Made by a program: the position numbers and the translations under genes. A DNA stretch of 64,000 nucleotides, taken from NCBI RefSeq assembly GCF_009914755.1, contig NC_060925.1. The stretch is one strand, 5' to 3'. The notes beneath the pieces are model-generated. The model did no database searches and had not been told where the DNA came from. It was given only the letters and a program-made list of their open reading frames with translations. Source of the DNA: the human T2T-CHM13v2.0 reference genome, Homo sapiens. Positions 30,626-45,210 of the stretch are shown here, piece after piece. Within the stretch, counting starts at the first letter, position 1; each line of letters begins with the position of its first letter.

Positions 30626-30936
30626 CTGTAGGAATTAGAATTCAGTGTTAGCCATATTAAGGGTGAAATTCTATAGAGACCTATGCCTAAAAGGGACAAA
30701 TACTATTTATATCATCTCAAGCTATGAACAGTGACTTCTGGGGTGAGTTGGTTGGCTTTTTGCCCCCAATATTGTGAAAGAGCTGAGGACTAATAGCGAA
30801 CAGTAAATGCTAGGCAGGCAGTGTTTTCAGTTTATTAGTAAGAACACAAGTTTTTATTTTCATTTTAATTTTTTAGGTGGTTCATGGGTACTTTTTCTTC
30901 CCCAAACCTTGCTGCTTTTCTCTTATTAGGAAATGA

Positions 30937-31305
<369 letters not shown>

Positions 31306-32023
31306 TAATCAGATATCACAAGGAGTTAATTTCAGCTTTAGGAAGCTTGATTTTTGCCTGCACTTCATATAATATCCTGTAGCACTTACGCTAATATTGA
31401 TAGAACAGAAGTTTTCTAGGAAATCTGTTCCAGCATGTTTAGGTCCTGGTTCTAAGGAGAACCCATGAGACTCCCAGGGGTTCCCAGAACACTGAAGTGT
31501 TTGTATAAGTATTTTGGTTCCATCTGGGTCGAGGACTTTGCGTCAGTTTAGGGTAAAAATGGAGAGGAAGTATAAAACAATGGCCCTGTGAAAGTACACA
31601 GGACCAAGGCAATAACTTCAAGAGAGAAACCACACTGGTCGGGAAATCCTTTTTTCTCTTGAAGTGTTCTCAGGGATCTTTTCTTTAAGATTGTGTCTTA
31701 AAAGGAGCCAAACAAGTTTCTGGAGCTGAAGGAGAGACGTGAACACAATCCTAATCTAGGAGACTGATAAGTAAAAAGGAATCCTGCTGATCCCTTTTTT
31801 GCTTTAATTTTATTCCTGTCCCATGTGGATAGTCCTCTCACCATCCCTCCCCACTCACACACAAGATGAGTAACTGGACAGGATATAGCTGCAGAGTTTC
31901 TAAGGTCTTTGAAATGATTTTTTAAGTTACAAAATTAATACAAAATACGTATTTTGGGGAGATTGTTACTGATACTTGCTTTTACTAAATGGTTTAACAA
32001 TGTTAATGAGTGTGTCTACTCAC

Positions 32024-32235
32024 CAGTACAGGCAGTATCAATGCCAGGTAACCACCAGCAAAGATGGCAAAGCAGATGGTGTAGGTCATAAGTAGTGGAA
32101 ATGTGGTGGCTAAAGGAGCAAGCAGGTTAGTGATGCCGCAGAGGATGAGGTAAGACTTGTGGTAATGATACTTCTTAATCCAGTTTTGATCAGCAACCCA
32201 TCCAGAAATAATCTGACTGACCGTCTCAAGGATAC
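32024..32235 (-). CDS. SLC16A4: SLC16A4 exon 7 (GILETVSQIISGWVAD...LILPVL)
   Basis: CCAG acceptor, CTG|GTGAGT donor, 212 nt, open in the expected phase. Confidence 0.95.
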
Positions 32236-32877
32236 CTGGAACAATATTGAAATCTTTTTATTTTCCTGGTCCCTTTGAAAAATGTGAATGCATACAGCAT
32301 CATTTCCCAAGTAATATGATCTCATCCTGAGGCCAGGATATGTGAGGAAAAAAACGATTTGATTTGTGTACCAGTAAGCTCTATTATATACTTACCTATT
32401 CCAAATACATTTAATAAAATAGCAAAAAAGTCTCCGCTAGAGTAGTGTAGAAGACCCATGTAGTTAGTGTTTTTTTCTGATTGTGTTTGGAAAGCTTACG
32501 TCACTACAGTGGTAATCCCTGGTTACAGAGGACCCTGGGCACAGAAGGCCATGCAGTCTCTTCGTCTAAGAGGTCCTGCAAGTGAGAAAATGAAGTTTCT
32601 AAAAGACAAATAGACCTTCAGGTCAGTGTCTTGGGGAAGTCATATTGTAGAAGATTGGAGTATAAATAAGTCTTCTGTTAAAAAAGGAGATGTTGGGACT
32701 CATAATTGCATACGAAGTTTTAGGAAGTAAGTCCTCCAAAGTTTATGCTTAATTTGAAAATATGTAGGAAGTTTGGAAATGGGAGATTGTATTTTGGACC
32801 ACTGCACCTGGCCAAATCCCTCTTCTAGATCAAGCATTCTGTCTTTAAACAGTTTTATGAGTAGTCAACTAAAATAG

Positions 32878-33202
<325 letters not shown>

Positions 33203-33339
33203 AGTTGTTTTTACTTTTAATTTACATTTTAACTTATTTTAAATATCAGACAGTCCATAAGTGACTAGCCTTAAAAGTCATATTTATCTGTTTTACTATG
33301 AGTTCAAGGGGAAAATTCCTTAGCTACAAATAATAAAAC

Positions 33340-33570
33340 ATTATTGAATGCTTACTACAGGCCAGGCACTATTCTAAACTCTACATGCATTGCTTTTTTG
33401 ATCCTGACAATCTTATGAGGGTAGATACTATTATCCCTATATTACAGATGAGGAAATGAAGGCACCATGAAGCAAAGTAACTTGCTGAAGTTCCCACAGT
33501 TAAGAAATACAGAGCAGGAGGTTGAGCCAGGGAAGTCTTGCTCCAGAACCAATCCTTGAGCCACTGCACT
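33340..33570. mobile_element. MIR remnant
   Basis: ATTATCCC..TTACAGATGAGGAAA..AGGCAC..AAGTAACTTGC core. Confidence 0.7.
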
Positions 33571-33926
33571 GTGCTGTCTACCTGGGGTTTTCTGTTCCTT
33601 ATAGTGGCTATTGCTATTGAGCATCAGCTTTTTGAAATTTCCGCATTTATCCAATAAATAATGTCTACTGTGTCAAACACTGTTATATGAAGATGAATAA
33701 GACTTGATTTAGGGTCCACTGTCTAGTAGGGGAGCCTGTGTGCAGTGACAGAGATCTCTTCCTGGGAAATGCCCAGGTGCTCCATCTAGCCTCAAAAATT
33801 TTGCTTTCTCTGGCCCTTCTACAATTCCTCTTTTGTTTTTCTTTAGCTTTTTATTAAAATGTAATAAGCTTGTAAAATTAAGTTGATCTTTCCTTTTGGG
33901 TAGGAGGCTGATGTAGGCTTTCTTAC

Positions 33927-34430
33927 CTGCTACAGAAACAAGGTAAGAGGCATCCATGATGTCAATCCCCAGTGTTTTGGCTCTGGCTACCAGGTGAAAG
34001 GTAGGGATGAAGTATGCTAACTGACTGAGGAGAAAAGACCAAGTAAATATGTAGAAGAAAGGATTTCTAAAGAGAGAAATGTCAAACAGTTGTTTGCAGC
34101 TCCACGAAATAACCTTATCACTTTCTTCATCACTCTTTAATAACAGTCTGTTCCTGTTAGGCCCATTGTAGAACTCTTCACTTTGATTTTGTGAGACTGT
34201 TAAATTTTTGCTAGGTAGTCCAGCCTTCTGCGTAGTACTGTCCTTGATGGTAGACTCTTCTGTCTCATGGCAGTGTGTTTCTGTTGCATGTGCCTCTGGA
34301 CCATGTGCAGACAAACTGCTGCCTTTATCTTTAATACCAGAATTGTTCTCACTTTTGATATGGATGGGTCTTAAGAGCATACTAGAAGGCACCAAATTCA
34401 ATGCGATAGCTCCAAATAATATAAGGGCTC
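33927..34430 (-). CDS. SLC16A4: SLC16A4 exon 6 (TM6, large cytoplasmic loop, TM7)
   Basis: TTTAG acceptor, CAG|GTAAGA donor, 504 nt, phase 1-1; matches ORF 33709-34401 (LRP motif, LFDISLFRNPFF). Confidence 0.97.
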
Positions 34431-34848
34431 CTAAATAGGGAGAGATTGAGCAATTAAAAATAGCCTTTCAGTTCACAATACTGCTTTGTGTTCATAGGCT
34501 CAGAAGAGGCCCCACTGGCATAGCCCATTAATTCTTGAAAACATTACTTTGTCTCCGATTTGACTTATTAGTCATATACACTGCTGTATCCGTGTAATAA
34601 TGTAGTGCTTTGGAGATAGAAAACCAGAAAGCTGCACCAATAGATGGGATAAAAGGAGAGATGGTGGTTATTTGTGTTAAGGGGGGTAGGGGGGGCAAGT
34701 TTTTGGAGGGAGAGGAGAGTGTTTCAAATGCTAAAAAATTAAATAGAAAATTTAAATATCCTGCAGTGAGAGTACAGATTTAGGTACAGAAAAAATAGAA
34801 TAAGATGAAAGAAATCATTTGGAAACAGCCTTAGAAGAGGGGACAGCT

Positions 34849-35131
34849 GGCCAGGTGCTATGGCTCATACCTGTAGTCCTAGCATTTTGGGAGGCTGAGG
34901 CAGGCAGATCACTTGAGCCCAGGAGTTCAGGACCAGCCTGGGCAACATGGTGAAAACCTGTCTCTACAAAAAATACAAAAAAATTAATTGATGTGGTGGT
35001 GTGCACCTGTAGTCCCAGTTACTTGGGAGGCTGAGGTGGGAGGATCGCTTAGCCTGGGAGGTGGAGGTTGCAGTGAGCCGGTATCATGCCACAGCACTCC
35101 AGCCTGAATGACAAAGCGAGAGAGCCTGTCT

Positions 35132-35189
<58 letters not shown>
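34849..35189 (+). mobile_element. AluJ with a 57-nt A tract
   Basis: Alu consensus; A run 35133-35189. Confidence 0.92.
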
Positions 35190-35190
<1 letters not shown>

Positions 35191-36096
35191 CAGCGGGAGG
35201 GAGGAAGGCATGGTTAGCCTTTCATCCCATGACATTTTTTAGATCTTCCTTAAAAGATGACAGATGCTAATCTTGCCTTTGGAGCTGAATAGTTGCTTGC
35301 ATTCAGCATGTCCTGATCAAAGCTATGATTTGTATGGTGCTTCTAAAGATAGAATGGGCTATAGGTTCTGCTATCCTATCATGGATTTGTCAGCTGGTCC
35401 CATTCACCATGAGACTACTGAATAGTTAGGAAAGATTCAACAAAACTGCCATGTAGATAGCAATAGGCATATGAATACACACATATACATGTATTTTTTC
35501 CAGTAGTTTAGGATTATTTTAATCCAAATGTCTTAGTTACAAAGAAAATTGTGAGATGAATCATTTTTTATTCATTTGTGAAAATTTATAGTTGACATTA
35601 CATAAACTCTTAAGGAACATACTCTTTTTACCAAAGTATTTGTTTCTTTTTTATCTATTTCAGTGAGTCCGATGGGGGAGGAGTTTTTTTAAATGCAGAT
35701 TTTTGTCTTAAAGGGAAAATGGGAAAAGTGAGGGTTTTTGATGGGGCGGGGGCGGGGGGGAAGGGGGAAGCCTTATTTCCCCAGAAGTATCGCTTTTACT
35801 GCAAGCTGTTTCCAGCTGCACGGAATGCCCTCCATCTCCTCAGACATTGAGCCCTATGGTGAATTCTGAGTTGCTTGTGTGAGCTGGCAAAGCCTGCAAG
35901 TATTTCAAGATCTCTTTTGCGTATGTATTCTCCAGGGAAGAGAAGCATGTTTACTTTAGAAATTATGCTCATTTCCTCTCTTGCAATACCTTGTGAAATC
36001 GATTGCTCTGAAAGTCTTAACTTCCATTTCTCAAAGGGAGAAAGCTGAACGCTAAATCTTGCACAGTTGATAGTAAATAAACTTAGAATGACGTAC

Positions 36097-36258
36097 CTGT
36101 CCAGTCATACAGATCTATCAGGAATTTTGTAAAGGGTGCCAAAAGAAAAGTCAGTCCCATCCCAGAACGGGCAATAGCTGTAGAAAGAGCCAATCGTTTT
36201 TTGAAGTATTTGGTAGTTACCACAGCAGCCACTTGGTATAAGAAAGCAGAACCCAAAC
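36097..36258 (-). CDS. SLC16A4: SLC16A4 exon 5 (GLGSAFLYQ...KYFKKRLALSTAIARSG...DWT)
   Basis: Contains the MCT motif YFxKRxxLxxxIAxxG; AG/GT boundaries; 162 nt, phase 1-1. Confidence 0.96.
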
Positions 36259-36278
36259 CTAAAAGAAAAACGTAATAG

Positions 36279-36746
<468 letters not shown>

Positions 36747-36764
36747 TAATTACAATGGACTCAC

Positions 36765-36908
36765 CGGGTAGAAGTCCCATAGTCACACAAAGAAAAGGAA
36801 TACTTGTGGCCCAGCTGCTGATCAGATATCCACCAGTAACAACGAAAGCCCCAAGAATGGAGGTAGTTTTCTCTCCAAGTATGTCACAAATAATAGCAAC
36901 CAGGGGAC
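36765..36908 (-). CDS. SLC16A4: SLC16A4 exon 4 (GPLVAIICDILGEK...MGLLP)
   Basis: TTAAG acceptor, CCG|GTGAGT donor, 144 nt, phase 1-1; translated by hand (not in the ORF track). Confidence 0.95.
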
Positions 36909-37282
36909 CTTAAGAGAAGAAAGAAAGGCAATTCTTAGGTAAATAATGATCTGGCATCCCTTATCCTCTGATGGCGATTTAAATGAATGACAAGGAAAGC
37001 AAGAGGACTGTTTACTTTGAAGTATTACGTATTCTTCAAAAAAGATTTTCATATCGGGTTTCTTAATATCACTAGTGCCACACTATTTTAGTTTTTGGAA
37101 GGGGAGTTTAAAAGGAAATGTTGATTGTAAGTAAGGTTTGGAGGGGAGGTGATTTGAAATGCATTATAGAACCTCCACAAAAAGATTGCATCTAGTGGTC
37201 AATGACTAGAATAAGGTTGAATCACTTATCTGCTCTTCCACCCTGTTACAGCTCCAAATAAAAGGAGAAGAAATTGGTTCTA

Positions 37283-37615
<333 letters not shown>

Positions 37616-37946
37616 CTAGAACTTCATGGCCTAACTTCCAGGTTGAGGGCCTTACTCATTGAACCTATATTAAGGCATTAACAGACTGGAAAGGCAATGC
37701 ATGAAATACTGAATCATGGCATTTAATAATTCCTCAGCTTTCTTTGTTTGAATGCTGATTCTCCCAACTTTGTTACTAAGTCAAGTGGAAGCTAAATATT
37801 GCAATTCCTTACTTTCTCAGCGTTACATATCAGTAAATGAACCTTAATTTTAGAAACTGAATTCCTATTCAGTCTTGAATAGGAATCTTGGAATTGCCCT
37901 TTGTGGTTCTTCTCCTTAGACAGCAAGCTTATTGCCAGCTTTATAC

Positions 37947-38079
37947 CTGCACAAAAACGAAGAGATGACATGATGGATCCAATCCAACCAATTTGCTCTG
38001 AGGTGCCTTCAAACTCTTCTTGAAAGACCACAAAGAAAATTGCAAAAGTCTTGGTCATCCCCATCACAAACACATTCAC
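37947..38079 (-). CDS. SLC16A4: SLC16A4 exon 3 ([10 protein letters not shown]...SLRFCA)
   Basis: TTTAG acceptor, G|GTATAA donor, 133 nt, in frame; overlaps ORF 37792-38079. Confidence 0.96.
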
Positions 38080-38348
38080 CTAAATCAAAGCAGACCAGAG
38101 TCCAACTCAGGTGGTAAGTGAGCCATTACAGAGGCAATTACGGCTACTAGAAGTTATGATTCCCTCAGCTTACTACTATTTACCAGTTTGCCTTATTGGT
38201 TGAGCCTCATTATACATCTTATATTTTATGGGGGAAGTCATTCCTTTTAAAGTAGCTAAGCATTTTAAATGGAAACATCTCATTTAATCCTCATTTCATG
38301 GCTTTGGAATAGGCATGCCAATGTTGTGTACCAAATAATTTATACCAA

Positions 38349-39135
38349 ATAAACCACCCAGTGGGTTCATCTTGCCTGCTGCCTAGATACAGTTGATTTA
38401 TCAAGACAGGAATTGCAATAGAGAAAGAGTTATTCCCACAGAGCCCATTGTGCAAGAGACTGGAGTTTATTAGACCAATCAGTTTCCCCGAGCTTTTGGG
38501 GATCAGAGTTTTTAAGGATAATTTGGTGGGTGGGAGGCCAGTGAGTTGGGAGTGCTGATTGGTTGGGTCAGAGATGAAATTCTATCAAAGCTGCCCTTTT
38601 GCGCTGAGTCACTTCTGGGTGGAAGGGTGGAGGGGGACCCACAACCAGATGAGCCAGTTTATTAATCTGGGTGGTGCCAGCTGATCCATCAAATGCAGGG
38701 TCTGCAAATTATCTCAAGCACTGATCTTAGGTTTCACAATAGTGATGTTATCCCCCGAGCAATTTGGGGAGGGTCAGTCTTGTGGCCTCCAGCTGTATGA
38801 CTCCTAAACCATAATTTCTAATCTTATGGCTAATGTGTTAGTCCTACAAAGGCAATCTAGTCCCCAGGCAGGAAGGAAGTGTTTTTTTTTTTTTTGGAAA
38901 GGGCTGTTAAAAGGAGGTTTTTTTTTTTGTTTTTTTTTTTTTTTTTTTGGAAAGGGCTGTTAGTTTCTCTTTCAAAGTTAAGCTATCAACTAAGTTTCCC
39001 CCAAAGTTAGTTCAGCCTACGCATGGGAATGAACAAGGACAGCTTGGAAGTTAGAAGCAGGATGGATGGAGTTGGTTAGGTCAGATCTCTGTCACTGTAA
39101 TAATTTTCTCAGTTATAACTGCAACAGCAGTTCCA
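38349..39135 (-). mobile_element. LTR8-family (ERV1) solo LTR in SLC16A4 intron 2
   Basis: The - strand matches the LTR8 consensus as I recall it (GATGGATCAGCTGGCACCACCCAG, AATTATGGTTTAGGAGTCAT, TCTTGATAAATC...TCTAGGCAG). Confidence 0.8.
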
Positions 39136-39810
39136 AGATCAGGAAATTGAAGTTTAGAGAGGTAAAAAGTTGCTTAAAATAGGGGTACTGGAACTGAGAT
39201 TTGAACCCAGATTAGACTGACTCTAGACCTGGCACTCTTTTACTGCCCTCAGTAGCATCTGTTAAAGACAGCTAATTCCAGTTACCTTTGTGGGAGAAAA
39301 GTGTTTGTCCAAAGAGGAATAATTATTCCTGTCAGTTCTTAGATTAGTTTTGATTTAACTCTGCTGCTGAGCTGAGTACCTTCCTTCACTAGATATATAA
39401 ATAGGTTGACCATAAAATGTATCATCCAAATTGAGACACTCAAGAGTGAAAAGGGGTGCTTAATTTTGGATTAACTGGGATTTGTGGCCATCTTAAGGTT
39501 GGGCCAGGGGCCCCATCCTTTTCTTTCTGCCCCACCTAATCTTCCTTACCTGTACTCCACTAGAATTGCTGCTTTGGAGATGAGGTTTTCTTTCTGTGGA
39601 GTATTAACTTTTATTTCTCAGAATTCTAGTTAGCCGGGGGGCTGTTAAGTGCTATTCCTTCTTTCCGTTTTTAAGTAACAGTCATGCTTTATCCCACAGG
39701 GGTCTAGAGGGGAACCTAGCCAGGGTTTGCATTCACTCGTAAAGCCCAGGTGTACTCTCTGTCTCCAGGGGTTTCGTAGCGTTGGCTTTTCAAGGCCACT
39801 TCTGCTTTCA

Positions 39811-40145
<335 letters not shown>

Positions 40146-43100
40146 GAACCACAAAGCCTTAGGTTCCCCTTCATTAATTCCACTTTCTCGGCCCGCCTGT
40201 TACAGTTCTGTACTCATCTCGCTTGATATCTGCTCCCTGGACAATCATTTACTCTCAAGGTTTTAATTACCACCTGCATACTTATGGTGGTGTAGCTGAA
40301 CAGGGTTCTGCAATCAGTCTGCCTTAACTTGCATCCAGGCTGTTCTTCCTACTGGGGCGTGACCTTGGGCAAACAACTTCGCACGTCACATGGGTTAAGC
40401 TTCCGCTTTTATGATGGGGGAGGCGGCATTGGGGATGAAAATATTACCTAGCTCATAAGACTGTGAAGATTAATTGAGAAAATTCTGATAAAGTACTTAA
40501 TATTTGGCACTTAACACTCAAACAATTAACTGTGGTTTCCATTCTGCTTTCCCAAGAGCTTCAGACTCCTAATTGTCTACCATATCTTTATAACTTCTGG
40601 TCAACTTGTCCAAACATAAACTCACATTTCCCTTATCCTATGCCTACTCTTTTCAGTTTTTTCTATTGGTACCATCCACCCATTCATTTGAGTGACAGAT
40701 GTGCTTTCTCTTAGACACCTCCCTCCCTCAGCCCCTGCTTTTAAATAATGGTCAAGACCTGCCCCCTTCTTTTCACCCCATCACTACTGGCGATGCTCAG
40801 AAATTGCAAAAGTGGTAGTGGTGAGGAAGAAGTCTCTTAATATACTTTTTCCCATTCTGATTTGATAAAAGGAACAAAACTTATTTAGAATGAAGAGTGC
40901 TATAAACGCCAGGACTATATATTCAAAAGTTAAAAAGACATTTTATCAGGCCCCCATTGAGGCAATTTATAACCATAATTTTCCTCTAAGGCACTTCTGT
41001 CAGGCTAGAAATTAGGTTAGAAAATATACACAGATCTCAAATGACTTAGACTTTCTTCTCTCAGTTCATAATAATGTGATGATTGTGTCCTCTCATGAGC
41101 AAGGAATAATACAGTGCATCATTCTGTAAAGTAAACTTCCTTTTGTTCTATGGACGTGGGTTCTGTGCTGGTGTCTAGAGGATGTTGACCTCTATATTCT
41201 TAGCTACCTAAATTTAGCTAGCTACTGGTCCCCCAGTTCAGAGCTTTTCATCTCTGGTCTGTCCTTGGTGTCTGCGTGTAGCAGCAGTGAATGGTTAGGA
41301 CTTGTCTCTAATAACTGAGTCCGTGTCCACTATGTATCAAGAAGACCAAGGGCAGAGCCTTTGCACCTACCATGCTTCCCGTCCCTTAACTTGAAGTCTT
41401 CCAACTTTGTTTCAGTTTTGACTCAAAGATATTAAAAATCTCTCCCAAGGTCTAGGTTTTTCCTTAGTTAATTTAGCAGACTACATAAATCTGCATTATT
41501 CTACATAATCCCATGTCTTAGACCAAGCTTGGTGGGTTTTAGTTCTGTTACCAGAGTCCACGTCATACATTGTAAATGGCTCACTCCAAAATAAAGCAAA
41601 AACCCTAGAACTTCTCCAGTCCCCTCATTTTCTTTTTGTTTTTAAGAGCAGTTAATTGGGTTGAACCTGGCAGGAACACCTTAAGCAGGACTTCCCCCAC
41701 ACCCCACCTCCAATAAGAGCTTCCTCACTAGATCATTTTAATTATTGTCTGGGAAAGGAGTTGGATCAGCCTCAGTGACTTATTTTCAATACAGGCACCA
41801 GGCTTTGTCAGAGTTAGTTTTATCTAATAACAACTTCTTATCCTGCGTCCTTTTCTAGTATCACCCTAGCTCCTCCTGACCTTCACAGGCAAACTTCTGT
41901 AAAAAATGGTCTATTAGGTATCTCCACTTTCTGTCATTCTGCTACTCCACTGAAAACTAAAGTTCACTACCTTTGGCCCCCACTGCTCCACTGTACTAGC
42001 TCTTATCAAGGTTATTAGATTTCTTTGTTGCTAAACCAATAGAGTCTTGTTATTTCTCTCCTATTTGACCTCTCAGTAGCATCTGCTCGTCACATTTCTC
42101 TGAAATGCAAATCTATCACATCCCTGCTTGATTTTTCTCATTAGCTTCTCATAGCCTCAAGAGCCATTCTCATCTCTTCAGTTTCATCAACTATCCCCTT
42201 CATCCTTATTTGTTTATTCATAAATGTGTGCAGCTATCAATTCATCCATCCATCTATCCATCCACCAACAGTATTTTACTGAGTGCCTACTATGTTCCAG
42301 GCTGTATACTGGCACTGGGCTTACGGTAATGAGCATATACTCATGAGCAATGCAGACATAGACCCTGCCCCCATGGAACATTCAGTCTAGTAAGACAGAC
42401 TGAATACAGAAAACAGTCATACAAATATATAAAGTGTGGTAAGTTGGTTAGAATGAATCTCTCTCTCTTTTTTTAAGTAGGAAGCTCCCAAAGAACATTG
42501 TTATTTTTCACTTACTAGGAGCTCATCTGTTATAGAAAAGAACAGTTGTAAGTCATACAGAAACAAAAGCACAGTCATTCAAGTATCCACATTACAACTG
42601 TGGGGGATTAGCCCCTGAATTTATTGTTAACATTTTGAGGATCCAGTGCATTTTTTGTGCTTAGTAAGCAGTATCACACCCTAAAAGTGGGACAGTGTTT
42701 ATTAATCTGGTTATTAGATGGTTTTTCCTATCAGCAACTAAATTGATCAAAAACCATTCTATCCTCAGAGGATAATGTAGAAAAAGTCAGGGTGGTTACT
42801 GGGGAGAAAGGCAGGAGAATTAGAGATCCTCACCAACAGTGCCTATTCTGCAAAGCCTATGATTTAGGGGGGTGGCCCAGCCCCAGGAAGGGCTCTCAGA
42901 CTTAGGGCATCCTTTAGTTTCCCTATTAGTAACATTTCTAGGGGGAAAATGAGATTCCCCTAAAATAACATATTCTAGGGGGAAAATGAGATTGTTTAGT
43001 ACTGAAGCTAATGTTTAGCAAGTACTACTATTATGTGTTAAGAGTTTTGTATTACATAAATCCTGGCTGGGGACCTCTGCCCCTATCTTGTCTAGCACGA

Positions 43101-43868
43101 GGGAGGAGGCCTGATGTTTTCCCACCATCCTATTTGTAGAATTCTTAGATATCTGCATGTGAACTATAGGATTATTAGAAGGCACCAAGACCTGTGCTAC
43201 CTTTCCCCGTGAGCTGCTTACTGTAGGGCTGAGTAGGGGGGAAGTGTCGGCAAGAAAAGGGTGTTTTTTTTTGAGTGCATCTCAAAGTTAATAGAACTCT
43301 GGAAACACTTAAGAATTGTGCAGCTGGTGCCACTCTCTGGAGAGCTGTGTGGGGCATAGCTGGGGTTCACCAACATTCTGGAATGGGCATGCTGATGATG
43401 CAGATCACCACTGTCACACCTCAACCCCTGGGAGGGTGAGGGAAAGAAGTTAATTTAAAAAATGGAATGCCTCGTCTAGTTGCTTATGGGTAAAGGAGAA
43501 GAATCAGGCTCCCCCTTCAAAATCCTTGTCCTCCCTTTCCAAACACATCGGAAATATAGATAGCATAAACTATAGTTAGTGGGGATGGATTGGGAAGTAG
43601 ACAGCAGGCCAAACAGAGGAAATGTCCCCACCCCTTATCGGTGGAAGGGGCTGTGCCCACAGTGTTCTATCTATGCTGGGCTGAACTGGGGAGATCACCC
43701 CCAGAGCACTTTTTAGCACCTCCCAGTGCTACTTTTGGGATGGTTAAAAGTATGATTGTCCCCAAACCCTAATTGCCATGCAGCCAGTACAGAACTGCTG
43801 ATTGTGACTGAGCATTCTCAGGTTTAAGAGATGATAGGAAGAGTAGATGACTGGATTCAGGAACACTT

Positions 43869-44163
<295 letters not shown>

Positions 44164-44389
44164 AGGAACATTTCTGCTTTTGCTCTAGGGGCATTTTCAA
44201 CTTTCTCCTGGGTTCGGCATGGGCCTCTGACTTTAGCAGTTTTTGGCAGCTCCTGGCCTTGTTCCTGCCCACCCCTCCACTCAGATGCCAAAGATTTCCT
44301 AAGTGATCCTATTCGTAGGCAGCTCTGAGCCTTTCTCCAGAAAGCCTGCTTTTAGGCAATAGGAAAGGGGGAAAAAAGTGAATTCTTAC

Positions 44390-44476
44390 CAGGAAAAAAT
44401 GAATCACAATCATCCATCCCCATCCTCCATCCAGGGTTTTAGTGTAAGGTTGGACCTTCCCCTCCCTCTTCAGCAT
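44390..44476 (-). CDS. SLC16A4: SLC16A4 exon 2 coding part, MLKREGKVQPYTKTLDGGWGWMIVIHFFL (exon 44390-44508)
   Basis: ATG at 44476; MCT signature DGGWGW; donor CTG|GTAAGA; acceptor CACAG at 44509/44508; 87 nt. Confidence 0.95.
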
Positions 44477-44574
44477 GATGCCTCTTCTATTTTAAATGCA
44501 GAAGATCCCTGTGATAAATCCAAGACAGTTGATTCAGTGGACCAGAAACTAATCTAAACTTTTAAACTTTTTAT

Positions 44575-45210
44575 CTGAAAGGGAACGTTCATACATTGTT
44601 GGTGGGAATGCAAATTAGTTCAGCCACTGTGCAACGCAGTTTGGAGATTTCTGAAAGAACCAAAAATTGAACTACCATTTGACCCAGTAATCCCATTCCT
44701 GGGTATATACCCAAAGGAAGATAAATTGTTCTACCAAAAAGCCACATGCACTTTTATGTTCACTGCAGCATTATTCACAATAGCAAAGACATGGAATCAA
44801 CCTACGTGCTCATCAACAGTGGGTTGGATAAAGAAAATGTGATACATAGACACCATGGAATACTACACAGCCACCATAAAAAAGAACAAAATCATATCCT
44901 TTCCAGCAATATGGATGCAGCTGGAGACCATTATCTTGAGCAAATTGATGCAGAAACAACCAAATACTGCATGTTCTCACTTATAAGTGGGAGCTAAAAA
45001 TTGGGTACATATGGACATAAAGAGGGGAACCACAGACACTGGGGACTACAAGATAGGGAGGGAGGAGGGTTGAAAAACTCCCTATTGGATGCTGTGCTCA
45101 CTATCTGGGTGAGGGGTTCAATTATACTCCAAATCTCAGCATCAGACAATATGCCTTTGTAACAAACCTACACATGTACCCCCTGAATCTAAAATAAAAG
45201 TTGAAATTTA
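44575..45210 (+). mobile_element. 5'-truncated L1 3' end (L1PB/L1MA-like), antisense in SLC16A4 intron 1
   Basis: ORF2 tail/3' UTR motifs GTTGGTGGGAATGCAAATTAGTTCAGCC, CATGTTCTCACTTATAAGTGGGAGCTAA, CACATGTACCCCCTGAATCTAAAATAAAAG. Confidence 0.88.

Noticed and set aside
32787-32813. Isolated Alu-end fragment CCACTGCACCTGGCC
   Set aside because: Possibly a deletion scar, but 15 nt is too little to support a call.
42930-42993. 27-bp direct repeat TAACAT(A)TTCTAGGGGGAAAATGAGATT
   Set aside because: Ordinary local duplication with no functional cue.
44746-44997. 83-aa ORF next to the SLC16A4 start exon
   Set aside because: Degenerate L1 ORF2/3' UTR sequence.
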